Source of the DNA: Epithemia pelagica
Lineage: Eukaryota > Protista > Bacillariophyta
Assembly (NCBI GenBank): GCA_946965045.2
Contig: OX337232.1
Location: 620,001-684,000, forward strand
Length of the DNA stretch: 64,000 nucleotides
Direction: 5' to 3'
Below are positions 32,749 to 44,756 of this stretch, one piece after another. How positions within the stretch are numbered: the first letter of the stretch is position 1; every line of letters begins with the position of its first letter. Position numbers and translations under genes: made by a program. The notes beneath the pieces are model-generated. The model was not told the DNA's origin, ran no database searches, and worked only from the letters and a program-made list of their open reading frames with translations.

Positions 32749-35574
32749 TCAGGTGTTGCTCTTCTTCGCATCCGCAAAAGCTTTCTTGTAAAAGGAAGAC
32801 ATTGCTGCACCTTTTCCATGCTCTCGAGGATCCGCGTGGCTAAAGGGGCATTGGTTTCCGTTTCGGCAGTATTTCAAGGTGAAGAGTTTGTTGCAAAATG
32901 GACGGTCTACACCTTCTGCCGTCATGTGTGGGATCTTCGCAAGGACGGAACGTGAAAAGACTCGAGAATACTGGAGTTCCGTCGGGATGCACCAATCAGA
33001 CGGGGAGTCAAAGCGCACAATGGTGGGTGGAGAAGAACTGGGATCAGCAGAAGCCTTGCGCTTCTGCGAGTTTGAGGAAGAATTGGTCGAAGAGTTCTTG
33101 GGGGGGTCGTTCTGTCCTCGTGCTTTGGCTCTAATAGCCGACTCGATGAATTTTGGAAGCATCTTGCAGATGTCTTCTTTGGATTCAATCTTGTCGCATA
33201 ACTTGTTTATGTGGAAGTCCAGACGGTCGTTGCGAATGTCTTCGACGCACTTGGCGTCCTCAAGGTATGTATCGATAAAGCGTTGGATGGCGAAATCGAT
33301 CGAGAAAAGGACGCGGCATAAAAATGTCGGGTCCACGGCTTGACTGCTTCGGTAGATGTATCGATTAGAGAGTAAGTGCTCTACCATCTTGTGGAGCTGC
33401 AACGCAACAAAACACTCGTTGTTCCAGATTGCACAGGCAAAAAGGTAGAAGGAACGAAGTTGTGTCTGATATTCGTCGCAGGTAAGTGGGCAAAACAGCT
33501 TTTCATTGACAAAGATGTCTCTCATATCTTTTGTTGACAGTCCGTTATCACTTCGTAAGGAACTCTCATAGATTGCATGCTGGATGTCGTGATCGAGGGC
33601 AAGGTGCGAATCCGGTCCAGAGCAGCAATAAGGGTCAAAGGAGAAAGGAGAAAAACCACTGGGGTGGTCGTTTCCTCGCCAACGCAAGCCAAACTTTTGC
33701 AATACGCCACATTGACCGAAAAGGATGTAGCAAGCATTGTCTGACTTTCGGAAAACTCGAGCATGAATCGTCGAGTATAAAGTGTGTGTACTCTTTTGGT
33801 GAAACAATTCAGTCGCAATCTCGGACGGAGAGGAAGGCAATTCGGCAGTCGAGGGACCGACTTGGCCAAAAACAATCGCATTACGAAGGTGAGTTGTATG
33901 CTTGAAGATTTCTTTCTTTTCGTCTTCCTTCTCACGGGTGATCTTCGAGGTATGCTTTGCGATTGCGTCGGAGAAATTCTCGGACAACTTCTCAGTCATA
34001 TAAATGGTATCGGCCGAAACTCCGCCACCCGAATTTTGCTGCTGGATAGGAGAAAAATTCGGAGGTTGACCAGTAGGAGGAGCAACTGGGACGTTGGGGT
34101 TGATCGGTGGCAAGGGGACCTGAGATGGACTATGAGGAGCTTTCGCCTTCAAGGAAGGAAAAATTTTCGTCGAGTAAGCTTCAAAGGCTGTCGAAGCTTC
34201 GACAGAGTTGGGTGGGACTTCGATAGCAATTGGTTCAGTGCGGGAACGCATATGATGGGCGAACCAAAGGAAACGAAACAGATCGTGGCTGAATTTGATC
34301 AGCTCATGGTACATCGGAAAAGAGGTGCATTTCATCTGAAGCTCTTGTGGGGTGGAAGTCATCCATCGTTGATTGAGGAACTTGAAGATGAGGGAGGCCA
34401 GAAAAGGTGCAGTGCAACGAGAAGAGCTCAGATCTTGGGAACCAAAGTGATCCAACAATAAACCCGAGATGGAAGGATGAAGAGGGAACAAGCCTTTCAA
34501 AGAAAAGGTAGTCGCAGCCTCATCCTTATCAGTCGTCGGTTTCTTGAGGTTACCGAAACGCAACAAATCGAACTTGAAAGATGGGAGAACGTTCTTGGAA
34601 CGGGACTTGGATGTCGAAGACGCGTTCTCGTCAATGCAACAAGACTTAATGATTTCCTGGGCTGTTGGTACATCGGGATATTCGACTGTCAAAAGGAGTT
34701 CGTCGACATCTTCGGGGTCGATCCAAATCGGGGGAGAACCAAATTCTCGCTGCGAAAGCCCAAGGAAAATCGGATCGGGATTGACAAAGTTTCCAGTGTT
34801 CGGCGCAACAATCATATTGTGGACAATACGGATCTTGCCTCGACGATCAACTCCCAAAAAGGCAAGGGGAGTATAGCCTAGGTCGCATGTGAGGAAGCGT
34901 TGAAGTTTCTCAGCCGAAGAAACAGTTTCAAACTTATCACAAAACTCGGTCCACGAGTTGGGGAACTTGTCCAAAGAGCGGTGAAAAGGGGATACAAAGG
35001 CATCGGACCAATCCACAGGTTCCATAGAGTCAACCAAATCAAGATGTTCCTGAGAGAACGGGATAGGGAGGCGAAAAAGGTCTGAAGGACGGGACAGGGC
35101 AGTCGGCGTCTTGGAGTTGTCATCAGATCCGCGCTGGGGTTGCTGGCGAATGGAAGAGACCAAATCCTTCTTCGAAATCTTCTTCTGGGTCAAAGTGGAC
35201 ATAGAAGATTTCTTGGAAGTATAATTCGCTGGGGTAGTACCTTCATCGTCCTGATCGGGATTCGACGAGGCTTTTGTCGTTGTCTTCGACAGCTTCGTAC
35301 TCTTAGACGAACGGGACTCATGACTTCCGGAACTGTTCGAACGAGTGCGACGACGATCGTGGCCAGAGTCTTCGACAGAAGGAGGGTTACCATCAAGACT
35401 CAACAAATCATCATCATCGTTCGTACCGTAATGAGATTCGGGCTGGGAAGGCTGCGAGATAAACTGAGCCAAAGTGGCAGTCCCGTTGCCTTCAGTACCG
35501 CCAGAATCGGAAGGAGAAGCCGTGTCTTCCATGTTGGAAAACATCTCGTCGTCAAAGGCAGTAGTAACAGTCAT
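32749..35574 (-). CDS. Retroelement ORF1 (gag-like, 941 aa) with C-terminal CCCH zinc finger
   Basis: Long intronless ORF directly upstream of RT, with C-terminal FCNKLFTLKYCRNGNQCPFSH. Confidence 0.8.
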   Translation of the reverse strand: MTVTTAFDDEMFSNMEDTASPSDSGGTEGNGTATLAQFISQPSQPESHYGTNDDDDLLSLDGNPPSVEDSGHDRRRTRSNSSGSHESRSSKSTKLSKTTTKASSNPDQDDEGTTPANYTSKKSSMSTLTQKKISKKDLVSSIRQQPQRGSDDNSKTPTALSRPSDLFRLPIPFSQEHLDLVDSMEPVDWSDAFVSPFHRSLDKFPNSWTEFCDKFETVSSAEKLQRFLTCDLGYTPLAFLGVDRRGKIRIVHNMIVAPNTGNFVNPDPIFLGLSQREFGSPPIWIDPEDVDELLLTVEYPDVPTAQEIIKSCCIDENASSTSKSRSKNVLPSFKFDLLRFGNLKKPTTDKDEAATTFSLKGLFPLHPSISGLLLDHFGSQDLSSSRCTAPFLASLIFKFLNQRWMTSTPQELQMKCTSFPMYHELIKFSHDLFRFLWFAHHMRSRTEPIAIEVPPNSVEASTAFEAYSTKIFPSLKAKAPHSPSQVPLPPINPNVPVAPPTGQPPNFSPIQQQNSGGGVSADTIYMTEKLSENFSDAIAKHTSKITREKEDEKKEIFKHTTHLRNAIVFGQVGPSTAELPSSPSEIATELFHQKSTHTLYSTIHARVFRKSDNACYILFGQCGVLQKFGLRWRGNDHPSGFSPFSFDPYCCSGPDSHLALDHDIQHAIYESSLRSDNGLSTKDMRDIFVNEKLFCPLTCDEYQTQLRSFYLFACAIWNNECFVALQLHKMVEHLLSNRYIYRSSQAVDPTFLCRVLFSIDFAIQRFIDTYLEDAKCVEDIRNDRLDFHINKLCDKIESKEDICKMLPKFIESAIRAKARGQNDPPKNSSTNSSSNSQKRKASADPSSSPPTIVRFDSPSDWCIPTELQYSRVFSRSVLAKIPHMTAEGVDRPFCNKLFTLKYCRNGNQCPFSHADPREHGKGAAMSSFYKKAFADAKKSNT

Positions 35575-35843
35575 CGTAGATCCAAAGTTGTTTTTGATTG
35601 TCTTAGTCTATCTATCTCTGTGTAGACCTCTCAAGATGGCAGTTGCGATGCTCGCAATCTCAAGAATTGTGAGCATGGACATCGCATCAGAGATGTCCAA
35701 GTCCAGTGGGGCTTGTCGTAGTCTATGTGCGATCAACTGCCCCGCTCCAACGTACGCACGACAGACACACCTCCACTCTGTTCTCACAATTTCCGGTTTC
35801 ATCCCAACTCCAAACCATCACAAAACAACACAACACCAACACC

Positions 35844-36707
35844 ATGAAGTACTCGATTGCCTCCGTCGCCTTCATGCTTGCCCTAAGCAGCTGCAGCAGC
35901 AGTGTATTGGCCGATTCGACGACTGACTTGAACGTACGTGATCTCAAGGCGCATCCCCAATTTCCCACTCCCGCACCGGCCAAGGGTAAAGGAAAAGGCA
36001 AGGGAGATGAACCTCCGGCCAAGGGCAAAGGTAAGGGATACACCGAACCACCTACCAAGGGCAAGCGCTACGAGATGGAGCCTCCTGCCAAGGGCAAGGG
36101 ATACGATGATAGCAGCAGCCGAGGAAAGAAGGAATCTGGCAAGATGATGATGAAGGGCAAGGGATACGAGATGGAAGAACCTCCTGCCAAGGGTAAGGGC
36201 AAGGGATACGAGCCAGAACCACCAGCAAAGGGTAAAGGCAAGGGATACGAGACTGAAGCTCCTGCCAAGGGAAAAGGAAAAGGATATGAAACCGAGGCTC
36301 CTGCAAAGGGCAAAGGAAAAGGAAAGGGATACACCGAACCTCCAACAAAGGGCAAGGGTAAAGGATATGAAACCGAGGCTCCAGCCAAGGGCAAAGGAAA
36401 AGGATACACTGAGCCACCCACCAAAGGCAAAGGAAAGGGCTACGAACCCCCTGCCAAGGGCAAAGGAAAAGGTTACACTGAGCCTCCTACCAAGGGCAAA
36501 GGAAAGGGATACGAACCTGAACCTCCTGCCAAGGGTAAGGGCAAGGGATACGAACCGGAACCACCTTCCAAGGGTAAGGGCAAGGGATACGATGATAGCG
36601 ACTACAGCGACAAGAAGGACAAGAAGTCGGGCAAGAAGGAGAAGGGCGACAAGGACGATAGCGGCAAGAAGGACAGCGGCAAGAAGGACGACGACTATTA
36701 CCGATAA
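35844..36707 (+). CDS. Secreted Lys/Gly/Pro/Tyr-rich repeat protein (silaffin/cingulin-like composition)
   Basis: Signal peptide MKYSIASVAFMLALSSCSSSVLA, RDL (RXL) motif, more than 12 repeats of (P/A)P(A/T)KGKGKGY(E/T)E, and a D/K/S-rich tail with KSGK/SGKK. Confidence 0.8.
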   Translation: MKYSIASVAFMLALSSCSSSVLADSTTDLNVRDLKAHPQFPTPAPAKGKGKGKGDEPPAKGKGKGYTEPPTKGKRYEMEPPAKGKGYDDSSSRGKKESGKMMMKGKGYEMEEPPAKGKGKGYEPEPPAKGKGKGYETEAPAKGKGKGYETEAPAKGKGKGKGYTEPPTKGKGKGYETEAPAKGKGKGYTEPPTKGKGKGYEPPAKGKGKGYTEPPTKGKGKGYEPEPPAKGKGKGYEPEPPSKGKGKGYDDSDYSDKKDKKSGKKEKGDKDDSGKKDSGKKDDDYYR

Positions 36708-37819
36708 ACTCTTGGTCTGTCCGTGAAAGAGGGCTGACGTGACTGTGGATGGGTGGATACCAGCTGTATGAAACCTGAGGATCGGTTGCTGGCGTGCGTT
36801 CTGGAAGAGTGTTGGAACGATTGATGCGACAAGTCGACGTTGTTGTAGGACCAAGTTTTGTTCCACAACGTTGCAGTTGTTATTATGAATCCGTGGACCC
36901 ATGTGTGCTACGGCACTGGGATCTGCTTTTTGCCCACTGGATGGCTCTTGGCACTGAAGTATAGTCTTGTAATAGTAGATCAATTTTCTTGAAAGCGGTT
37001 ACTCTTAGCATTTTTTGGCTGATTAGTTTCCCGTCGCTTGGGTATGCAAGTCGTCGAGTCTTTTCTATGTATTTCCTATATAATTTCTCAGTGACTACCT
37101 GCCTAGGGTATCGCTCAGAATTTTATCACATTCTGTAGCCCAGACAGAAAGATCCAGACGCAGAAACAACGCCAAGTCCAGTGTTTGTGCGACTCCTCCC
37201 GCCTCGACAACCCCAGATGAAAGCTGCTGGGGATGAGATCTACCGTAACAGCTCCATGCTCTGTAGCTGTAGGCTTCTCGTGAGCGATAAGAGTCGGTAC
37301 AGAAACATCTGTTTGCTGTTTGCTGTTTGCTGCTGCTTCAACAGTTGCTGTCGCCAGCGGCCAATGGGCAGCCATTTTTGTCGCCTTCGAATCACGACGA
37401 GAACAGAAGCTGCCACCCGGCGCAGCAGTCCCATGGAAAAGGAATCTTTCCAATCCTTTGTTGAATCTTTGTAAGTACGCAGAATTTGGAGCTTGGCTTA
37501 CGCGTTTGTCGGACTGCGTTTAGTCTTGATCCTATGGATCTCGCCGTACTTAACTCTGTATTGGCTTGCGATCGAGAGGTTGCAATAATTCATTCTTTGT
37601 AGTAGAGTATCGTCCCGTGAGAGAGACACGTGCTACTATCGATCCTAGAGTGTAGAAGAATCTTTGCCACTCACAGAATTTGGCCAGGATCCTCACAAAA
37701 AGAGGTGTCGGCGTCCCAAAAACGAGACACAGGGAGGAGCAGATGGATACAACACAACTCCATCGGCGCTCATAGATTGCCGATTCCATTCATACAAGTG
37801 TTTGCTGAGTGAGACAACC

Positions 37820-40529
37820 ATGAAGGTTTCATCATTGACGGCAAGTTCTTTGCTGGCTTTCTTGGGAACGGAACAGGCTTGGGGGTCCTTTTTGCCCCTG
37901 CAGGATGCGGATCGTCAATTGACCACCACGACAACGTGTGAGGATTTGGTATGCCAGTACGTAAGATACGGTTGTTTGTGCTAGTTGTATCTTGCTGTGT
38001 ATTCTCTCACCCTACACGTCTTGTTCAGAAACCATGGTACCTGTATTCAAGGTCAGAATTACCACACGGAGGGCGCCGTGTGCGATTGTACCAACACGGC
38101 GCAATCGGTCGGCGGTGAATATCCGCAAGATGTAAAGCATTACATTGGCCGAACCTGTGAAATTGAAGTGACAAAGGACGACTATTGCCAGGAATTTCCG
38201 TTCATGTTTTGTGTCAATGGAGGGACCTGTCGCACGGCGGAAAATAACTTTAGGGATCAGCCCTGTGAGTGTCCGGCGGGCAAGGCGGGCCGCTTTTGCG
38301 AATACAATGCGGCCGATGTTCGATCCGACTGTACCCTCACCTGCAATGGACGCGGTCGCTGTGAACATGGGGCCAATCCGTGGGCCGACATTGGGCCCAA
38401 CAAGGTCTTGAATTTGCACAATGGAGGAACGATTCACTTTATGCATTGTGTTTGCGAACAGGGATGGGCCGGAATCAATTGCGAAGTGCCCTACTCCCAA
38501 TGCGACGAAGGATCACGTCCGTACTGCTTTAATGGAGCAACATGCAGTGGACCTGGATCGGATGTTTGCGAGTGTAACACGGATACATCAGAGGAAACCC
38601 GTACGTACTATATTTCCACGACAACCTGCCTTGCCATGGATGAGGTCCAAGCGCCATCTCATTCATTCTTGTTGACATTACCTTGTATGTACACAGTTGC
38701 TGGTGAATTCTGTCAATTCAAGGTATCCAATGACTGTGCGGTTCCGGTCGACATTGACGCCGACTCTGCCTTGGCCGTCTTTGATCCCGAGAATGCCATG
38801 GCGAAGGAGGAGGATCCTCATTGTGTCCATGGTGTTTGTTACCGTGTCGACGACAATAACTATTACTGCGATTGTGCAGCCGACGCGGTGGGTCATTGGA
38901 AGGGACAACGATGCGATGTGCCCGACGTTCCTCTCCATGATACCAGTCGTCCACCCACAGTGTCCCAAGTCTGGCCTCCCAGTCTGGCCAATGATGAATG
39001 GCATGTCATTTCCGCCTCTCCGTCCTACGCCGATCAGACCCCGGAACCGTCGGCATCGGGAATCTATGAACAATGTGGCGACTTGGAATGCCGGTAAGAC
39101 ACACAACAAGGATGACATGTGTGCACTTTGAAACAAGTCTCACAAATTATACCATCATTTGCGGTCTACGCATTTCTTCGTTTTTCGTTACAGAAACTTT
39201 GGTAGATGCGCTGATGGACAGAACTACGAAGTCGATGGTGCCCTGTGTGATTGTTCCCAGTCTGGATTTTACCAAAAGGGCGAATTTTACAAATTTGTCG
39301 GCCCCACCTGTGAACTCTTGGTACAAGACAATGAGTATTGTCCGGAAGCCCATGGCGATGACAACTTGTTTTGTGTCAATGGCGGTACGTGCCAAAACGG
39401 GTCCAATGATTTCAGGGAGAAACCATGCCGCTGTCTCCCCGGTTATACTGGCGTCTATTGCGAATATGCCTTTGCCGACGTTCAAGAATCCTGCTCGCTG
39501 ACGTGCTCGGATCACGGAACCTGTCACCATGGTGTGAAACCCAAGCCGGCCGATGGACCCAATTTTTTGTTGGATTTGCCCAATGATGGAACGAGTAACT
39601 TTATGTATTGCAATTGCGAGAATGGATTTGCTGGACTCAACTGCGAATATGAAGTCATGAGATGCGGACAACACGAGCACTACTGCTTTCATGGTTCGGA
39701 ATGTGTTTTCCAGGATGACGGGCAGCAGGTTTGTGAGTGTAGCAATACGGACGGAGAAAAAAGTAAGTAATACCATCCAGTGTCTACTAGAAGGAGACTG
39801 TGGCACTGTCGATATACTCACAATGTTGTCTTTTTTTCTCTGCATTGTGTGCCAGTGATGGGAGATTATTGTGAATTCAAAGTGACGGATTATTGTACGG
39901 ATCCAATCGATATTGATGAGCATACGGCATCCAAAAGTTTTGATACTCCCAGTCAAATGACCATGGAGGAAGATCCTTATTGCGTCAACAATGGACGATG
40001 CTATCGTGTGTTGGGCTTTCCGGGACAATTCTTTTATTGCTCATGCATGCCCGGTTGGACCGGAACTCGATGTGAAACCAAGGTTCAGGCCGTCCATGAA
40101 ACAGAACCGGCCTCTGCGTCCAGCAACAACAACAACAACAGCAGCAGTAGTAGTGATGGATTGTCGAGTGGTGGGAAATTCGGCATTGTGGTGGTAGTGT
40201 TTGTGGTCATTGGTGCCATGGCTGTCGTGGGAATGTATTTCCAACGACGTGCCCGAATGCTAAAGTCGGCCACGCACCAAGAAAATCAAAAGGATGGCGT
40301 CTTTCGGGACAGCCATTTGGATTCGGCTCCCTTTGAAGATCCAAGTGACGATGTCATGCCTACCGAGAATAGTGGCGAAGACAGTGGGAGTGACAATTTG
40401 AATGAGAGCTCGGAAAGCAGCGACAGCATTAGCGGCAGCGAGACGGAAGCGGCGTCACCAGAGAACAGTATGATTCCCGAGTCCGATTACCCTGAGATAC
40501 CAAAAGAATCCACAAAAGAGGTTGTCTAG
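37820..40529 (+). CDS. Multi-EGF type I membrane protein A (two EGF modules, several introns; first intron 37957-38028)
   Basis: Signal peptide with RQL, repeated CVNGGTC...C.C..G..G..CE motifs across spliced ORFs, TM helix KFGIVVVVFVVIGAMAVVGMYF and an acidic tail. Confidence 0.85.
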
Positions 40530-41108
40530 GGACTGGGCTGACCATCCGCTCACAAAACGTTGAGGACAGAGCGAAGGATCCGCAGCGTTATACATGATAG
40601 ATACGAGTGCATATATTTCCGGGAGTTAAAAGACATTAGGATCTAGCGATATTATACCGATCTATTCTAGGTTGTGTGGATCACTCCGGCCTTTGTCCTG
40701 AACTGTCAGCGTTGTAGGAGCAGGCTCGTCCTCTTTTTGGTTCGTTGATTTTTTTCGGGTTGAGAATTGCTTGTCCCATAATATTTGTGAGAATTCGAGT
40801 CGCAGTAAATTCATGTCGAGCTCGCCAGTCTCTATAGTGGCACGCGTTTGCGCGCATACCGACACACTGCTTCTCGCAAATGGATTGGCATCGCTCAAAA
40901 CGACCGAAGGAGCACCTTGACACACACTAATTCTACAATAACAACAATCAACAACCACTCGCAAGATACCCCACGATTCGAACGAGCACAAGGGGTTCTA
41001 TTTGGGCTCACTCAGGGTCCAAAGAGAACTGATAGCGTGTATTCATCTCGCAGATTGATCACAACGTTCCTTCGTATCATTTTTTGTGAAAATCAGAAGC
41101 ACTTGGCC

Positions 41109-43138
41109 ATGACGGCAAGGGATTCTCTTCGATCGTGTTCGACAATATGGAGGTTTTGCTGCTGTTTGAATGCAATTTACTGGGGCAGTGCTCTATATGG
41201 AGTAGATTCCTTTTCGATCGAAGTGCCTCGTCATTCGTTTCCCAAACAACAACAGTCCAACAGTGACACTTTATTGTTAAGGACACGGAAATCCAACAAG
41301 ACCAATACCACCAAGGACAAGGAATCGACCAGAGTCATACCTCATGGAGCAAGAACTATTGAGGAATCACATTGTCCTTTGGCCTGTCAGAATGGATCCA
41401 TATGTGTCCGCAGGGAGAAACAGACGAAAGATAACAGCATGAGTAAATCTAGCAACAACAAGACACAACAACACTATGATGATGAAGCAATAGCCTGGAA
41501 GTGCACTTGTCCCCCAGGGTTTGAGGGAACTCTTTGTGAGCTTTCTCAAAACAGTCGGCCCCGACAACGCGTGGTAACCTTGTTCGTCCCGTGTGGAAAC
41601 CTCATTTGCCTGTACGATTTCAAGAATATTTGATAGCGTTGTCTCTTTGGTCTTTTATCCTCACACAATCTTCTTGTTTATATGAAAACACCTTCCAGCA
41701 ATGGAGGACAATGCTTTGGAGGGCCAGACTTTGTGCCCCATCAAGAGGGCCACGGAAGTAGTACCGGTGTGGAATTGTGTGATTGTTCGTCTGCTGTGGT
41801 TCAAAATGCCACTTCGGAAACAGGCTTGACCCGTCATGTCGGCCAAACCTGTCAATACCAAGTCCAAGAACGAGAATATTGCCATCGAAACAGTGATGAA
41901 TATTGTGTCAATGGCGGTCAATGCCGGAACATGGCCCATGACTTTGATCAACAACCTTGCGATTGTCCGAGCGGATATGAAGGACGGTCCTGTCAATACA
42001 CGACCGAACAAGTCCATGCCGATTGTTCCCTCTCTTGTAACAATCATGGCGCCTGCGAGCATGGCATTAGTCCCTATGGCAGTAGCTTTGACGACCACAT
42101 GACGGAAATCAAGGGACCGCACGACTTGTTGAATTTGCCTCAAGAACAACTCACTCGCAATTTTATGCACTGCGCCTGCAATCATGGATATGCTGGAGGT
42201 CAGTGTGAATTCGAGGCTGTTCAGTGCGGAGATACGAGTACCCATTATTGCTTTCATGGATCATCGTGTGTCGTAGACGAGAAGGGACATGATGCCTGTG
42301 ACTGTTCCAATCCACAGGGCAAAAAACGTAAGTCGAAACGTCCAGGCAATGTGTGGCATGTGAATTTCTTGAACTTACAATCTTTCCTCCACTTGGCAAT
42401 TTGTTCACATACCATGAGACACACACAGTGGGAGGAAAACATTGCGAATTCGAGGCAACCGATCATTGTCAAGATCCGGTGCGAGTCGATTCCTATACAG
42501 CCGCCCGTATTTTCAATGTTCACCACAAACTAGGGGGTGCATCGACTGGCAACAGTGACAATAAGAACAGTCCCTTTTGTGTCAACAACGGTGCCTGTTA
42601 TGTTGTGGAGGGGACGGAGGATTACTATTGTCAATGTGATGAAACCAAGTGGGAAGGTAAGAGATGTTCTCACCGCGTCCCCAAGGCGGCGCCCACCGCG
42701 GCTCCATCCTCTGAACCCACCAACAACACGAGCAGCAGCAGCAGCCCAAAGGATTCGCAGAATCGCAATGACATGTCCGGATATGGAAAATTCAGTGTGA
42801 TTCTGGTTGTAGGCATTGCCTTTATTTTTGTTGTGGTCATTTATTTCCGCCATCGATTGCAACGACAACGATTGCGACGGCGGATGCAGCAATCCCATGC
42901 CATGATTTACCCAGCGCGCGGGGGGTCCAATTTCAACAGTCCCACTTCCTTTCGAGATCGGAATTTGCATTCGACGGGAGGGCATGGTGGGGACAACTTC
43001 TTTGATCGGTACCTCGGCAACACGTCAGATGACGACGGTGGTGTACCCAGTGGGTCGAGTAGTAGCAAAGATGAAACCATTGAATTTTACTCCGAAACAG
43101 AACAGCATGAAGGTATGACAGACGTAGAGATATTATAG
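41109..43138 (+). CDS. Multi-EGF type I membrane protein B (one module plus an extra N-terminal EGF)
   Basis: Same EGF module and intron positions as A; TM helix KFSVILVVGIAFIFVVVIYF. Confidence 0.8.
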
Positions 43139-43387
43139 CAAAGGGGACGCCGCAAACGTATGATTTGTGGAGATGAGGACTTGCATGGGTGGTTCATGGA
43201 GCTCCAACGTGAAGATCAAGGTGCTAGATATACAACATTGCCTGAAAACGTCCTAGAGAAGAACCTTGTATCTTCGGCAACATACATAATCTCATTACTT
43301 AATGCATTAATATGTCTGCTAAGGAGAACTAGCTTTATCATGGTTGTGTCAACTCATGAAAGAGAAAGGTTGACTTAAGTCGCTCGG

Positions 43388-44449
43388 TTACAAATCGCGA
43401 CGGCCCGAACCCGGGACTTGCTTCATGGTAAACAAGAGAAGGTGTGCCACGTCGGTTCCTGTTTCGTTTGTTTCCGTTTTGGTTGCCTGAATTCTAATGG
43501 TAGTGGGAGAATCAGCAGTTCCTTGGATTTCACAAGCGTCGTGTCGTTCCAAAGCCTTGCCATTGACCTTGATGCCGCCTTCAATACACAACAAATAGGC
43601 TTGTTCACCGGCAGGTAATTCATGAACCACTGTTTGATTCAGATCGAGTTCGGAGGCAAAGGCATTGACACTTTGATTGACTTGTACGGGTGCCACCAAA
43701 GCGTCATTCTTGTTGTTGGGTTTGTGGCTCACGCTCGATACGAGGTGTCGCAATTGATTGTGACGACCGGCCCTTGCATCTGGTGTATCACCTCGATAGG
43801 AACCATAATTGGGTGAAAGACCTCGTTTCGTTGGTGTAATCCAAGTTTGAATGAACCGAAGGGGTGTATCGCCATGATTGAATTCGGAATGTCGCACTCC
43901 AGTGCCGGCCGTCATGAATTGAATACTGCCACGACCCAAGGTTTCCTTGGTTCCCATGGAATCTTGATGGGTCAATTGACCTTGGACAACATAAGTGATG
44001 ATTTCCATGTTGGAATGGGGATGTGTGCCAAAGCCGCGGTGAGGTTGGACCAAATCATCATTCATGACACGCATGACACCAAAGTCGGCATTACGGTAGT
44101 TGTTGTACTCCGCAAAGGAGAAATGAAATCGAGATTTGAGCCAGTTGTCGTTAGTCCAGGACGGATCGTTCTTGGGATTTTGCTTGTTGCCAAACCAACG
44201 AGGATCAGGTTCCGAGACATAGAGTTTTTGGTTGGGTACCACGCGAACGGTTGCCTCTGAAATGGTAGAACTTGTCGTCATGGTAAAAGTCGTTGTGGAT
44301 GTAGCTGTCATGGACATGGTTGTTTTTATCGTTCTAGTTCGTGTTCTTTGTTTGTGTGATGTTGTCTTTGTCTTGCGTTGTCGACTGTTTTGGTTTTTAT
44401 GAGACCACATGGAGGGGGTCCTGACTGGAGTTTTTTTTGCAAACGCCAT
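43388..44449 (-). CDS. Pirin-family (cupin) protein
   Basis: SRFHFSFAEY, GVMRVMNDD, GFGTHPHSNMEIITYV and QFMTAGTGVRHSE, with the metal-binding His/His/His/Glu pattern. The exact start is uncertain. Confidence 0.92.
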   Translation of the reverse strand: MAFAKKTPVRTPSMWSHKNQNSRQRKTKTTSHKQRTRTRTIKTTMSMTATSTTTFTMTTSSTISEATVRVVPNQKLYVSEPDPRWFGNKQNPKNDPSWTNDNWLKSRFHFSFAEYNNYRNADFGVMRVMNDDLVQPHRGFGTHPHSNMEIITYVVQGQLTHQDSMGTKETLGRGSIQFMTAGTGVRHSEFNHGDTPLRFIQTWITPTKRGLSPNYGSYRGDTPDARAGRHNQLRHLVSSVSHKPNNKNDALVAPVQVNQSVNAFASELDLNQTVVHELPAGEQAYLLCIEGGIKVNGKALERHDACEIQGTADSPTTIRIQATKTETNETGTDVAHLLLFTMKQVPGSGRRDL

Positions 44450-44756
44450 TTTGTGAAGAAGCTGGTTCACTCCCGAGCGACGGAATTTCGAGGATCAAGC
44501 TTGAGTACTCTAAAAGTCACAGTGAGATTCAAAGATTTCGATCGGTATCTTTCCTAAACCAGCAGGAGGAAGTTCTTCGAAGTGCTTCGGAAATCAGCTC
44601 GTGACGATCAGTCGCCCTTTTCGAGGCAGTCGTCCACCACATCGTGTTGCTCGCTGACAGATATCTCGCACCCGTTGTTTCTGAAGTCTGAAGCCTCAAT
44701 CGTACCTTGTCCATTGTCTTTCCTTTCTTTCGTATAGTGATGCATTCTATTGAGTA

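Larger units (their letters stand above)
29057..35600 (-). mobile_element. DIRS-like tyrosine-recombinase retrotransposon (ORF1/gag, RT-RNase H, overlapping YR); termini not resolved
   Basis: Three co-oriented intronless ORFs with gag zinc finger, RT, RNase H and tyrosine-recombinase motifs. No DDE integrase and no LTR pair is visible. Confidence 0.85.

Noticed and set aside
29018-35751. Terminal inverted repeats for the retroelement (CCGCTCCAAC at ~35742-35751 versus GTTGGAGCGG at ~29018-29027, with a nearby GCGAT.AAC)
   Set aside because: Only about 10 exact bases, which could be chance. No extended ITR, ICR or split direct repeats could be confirmed by eye.
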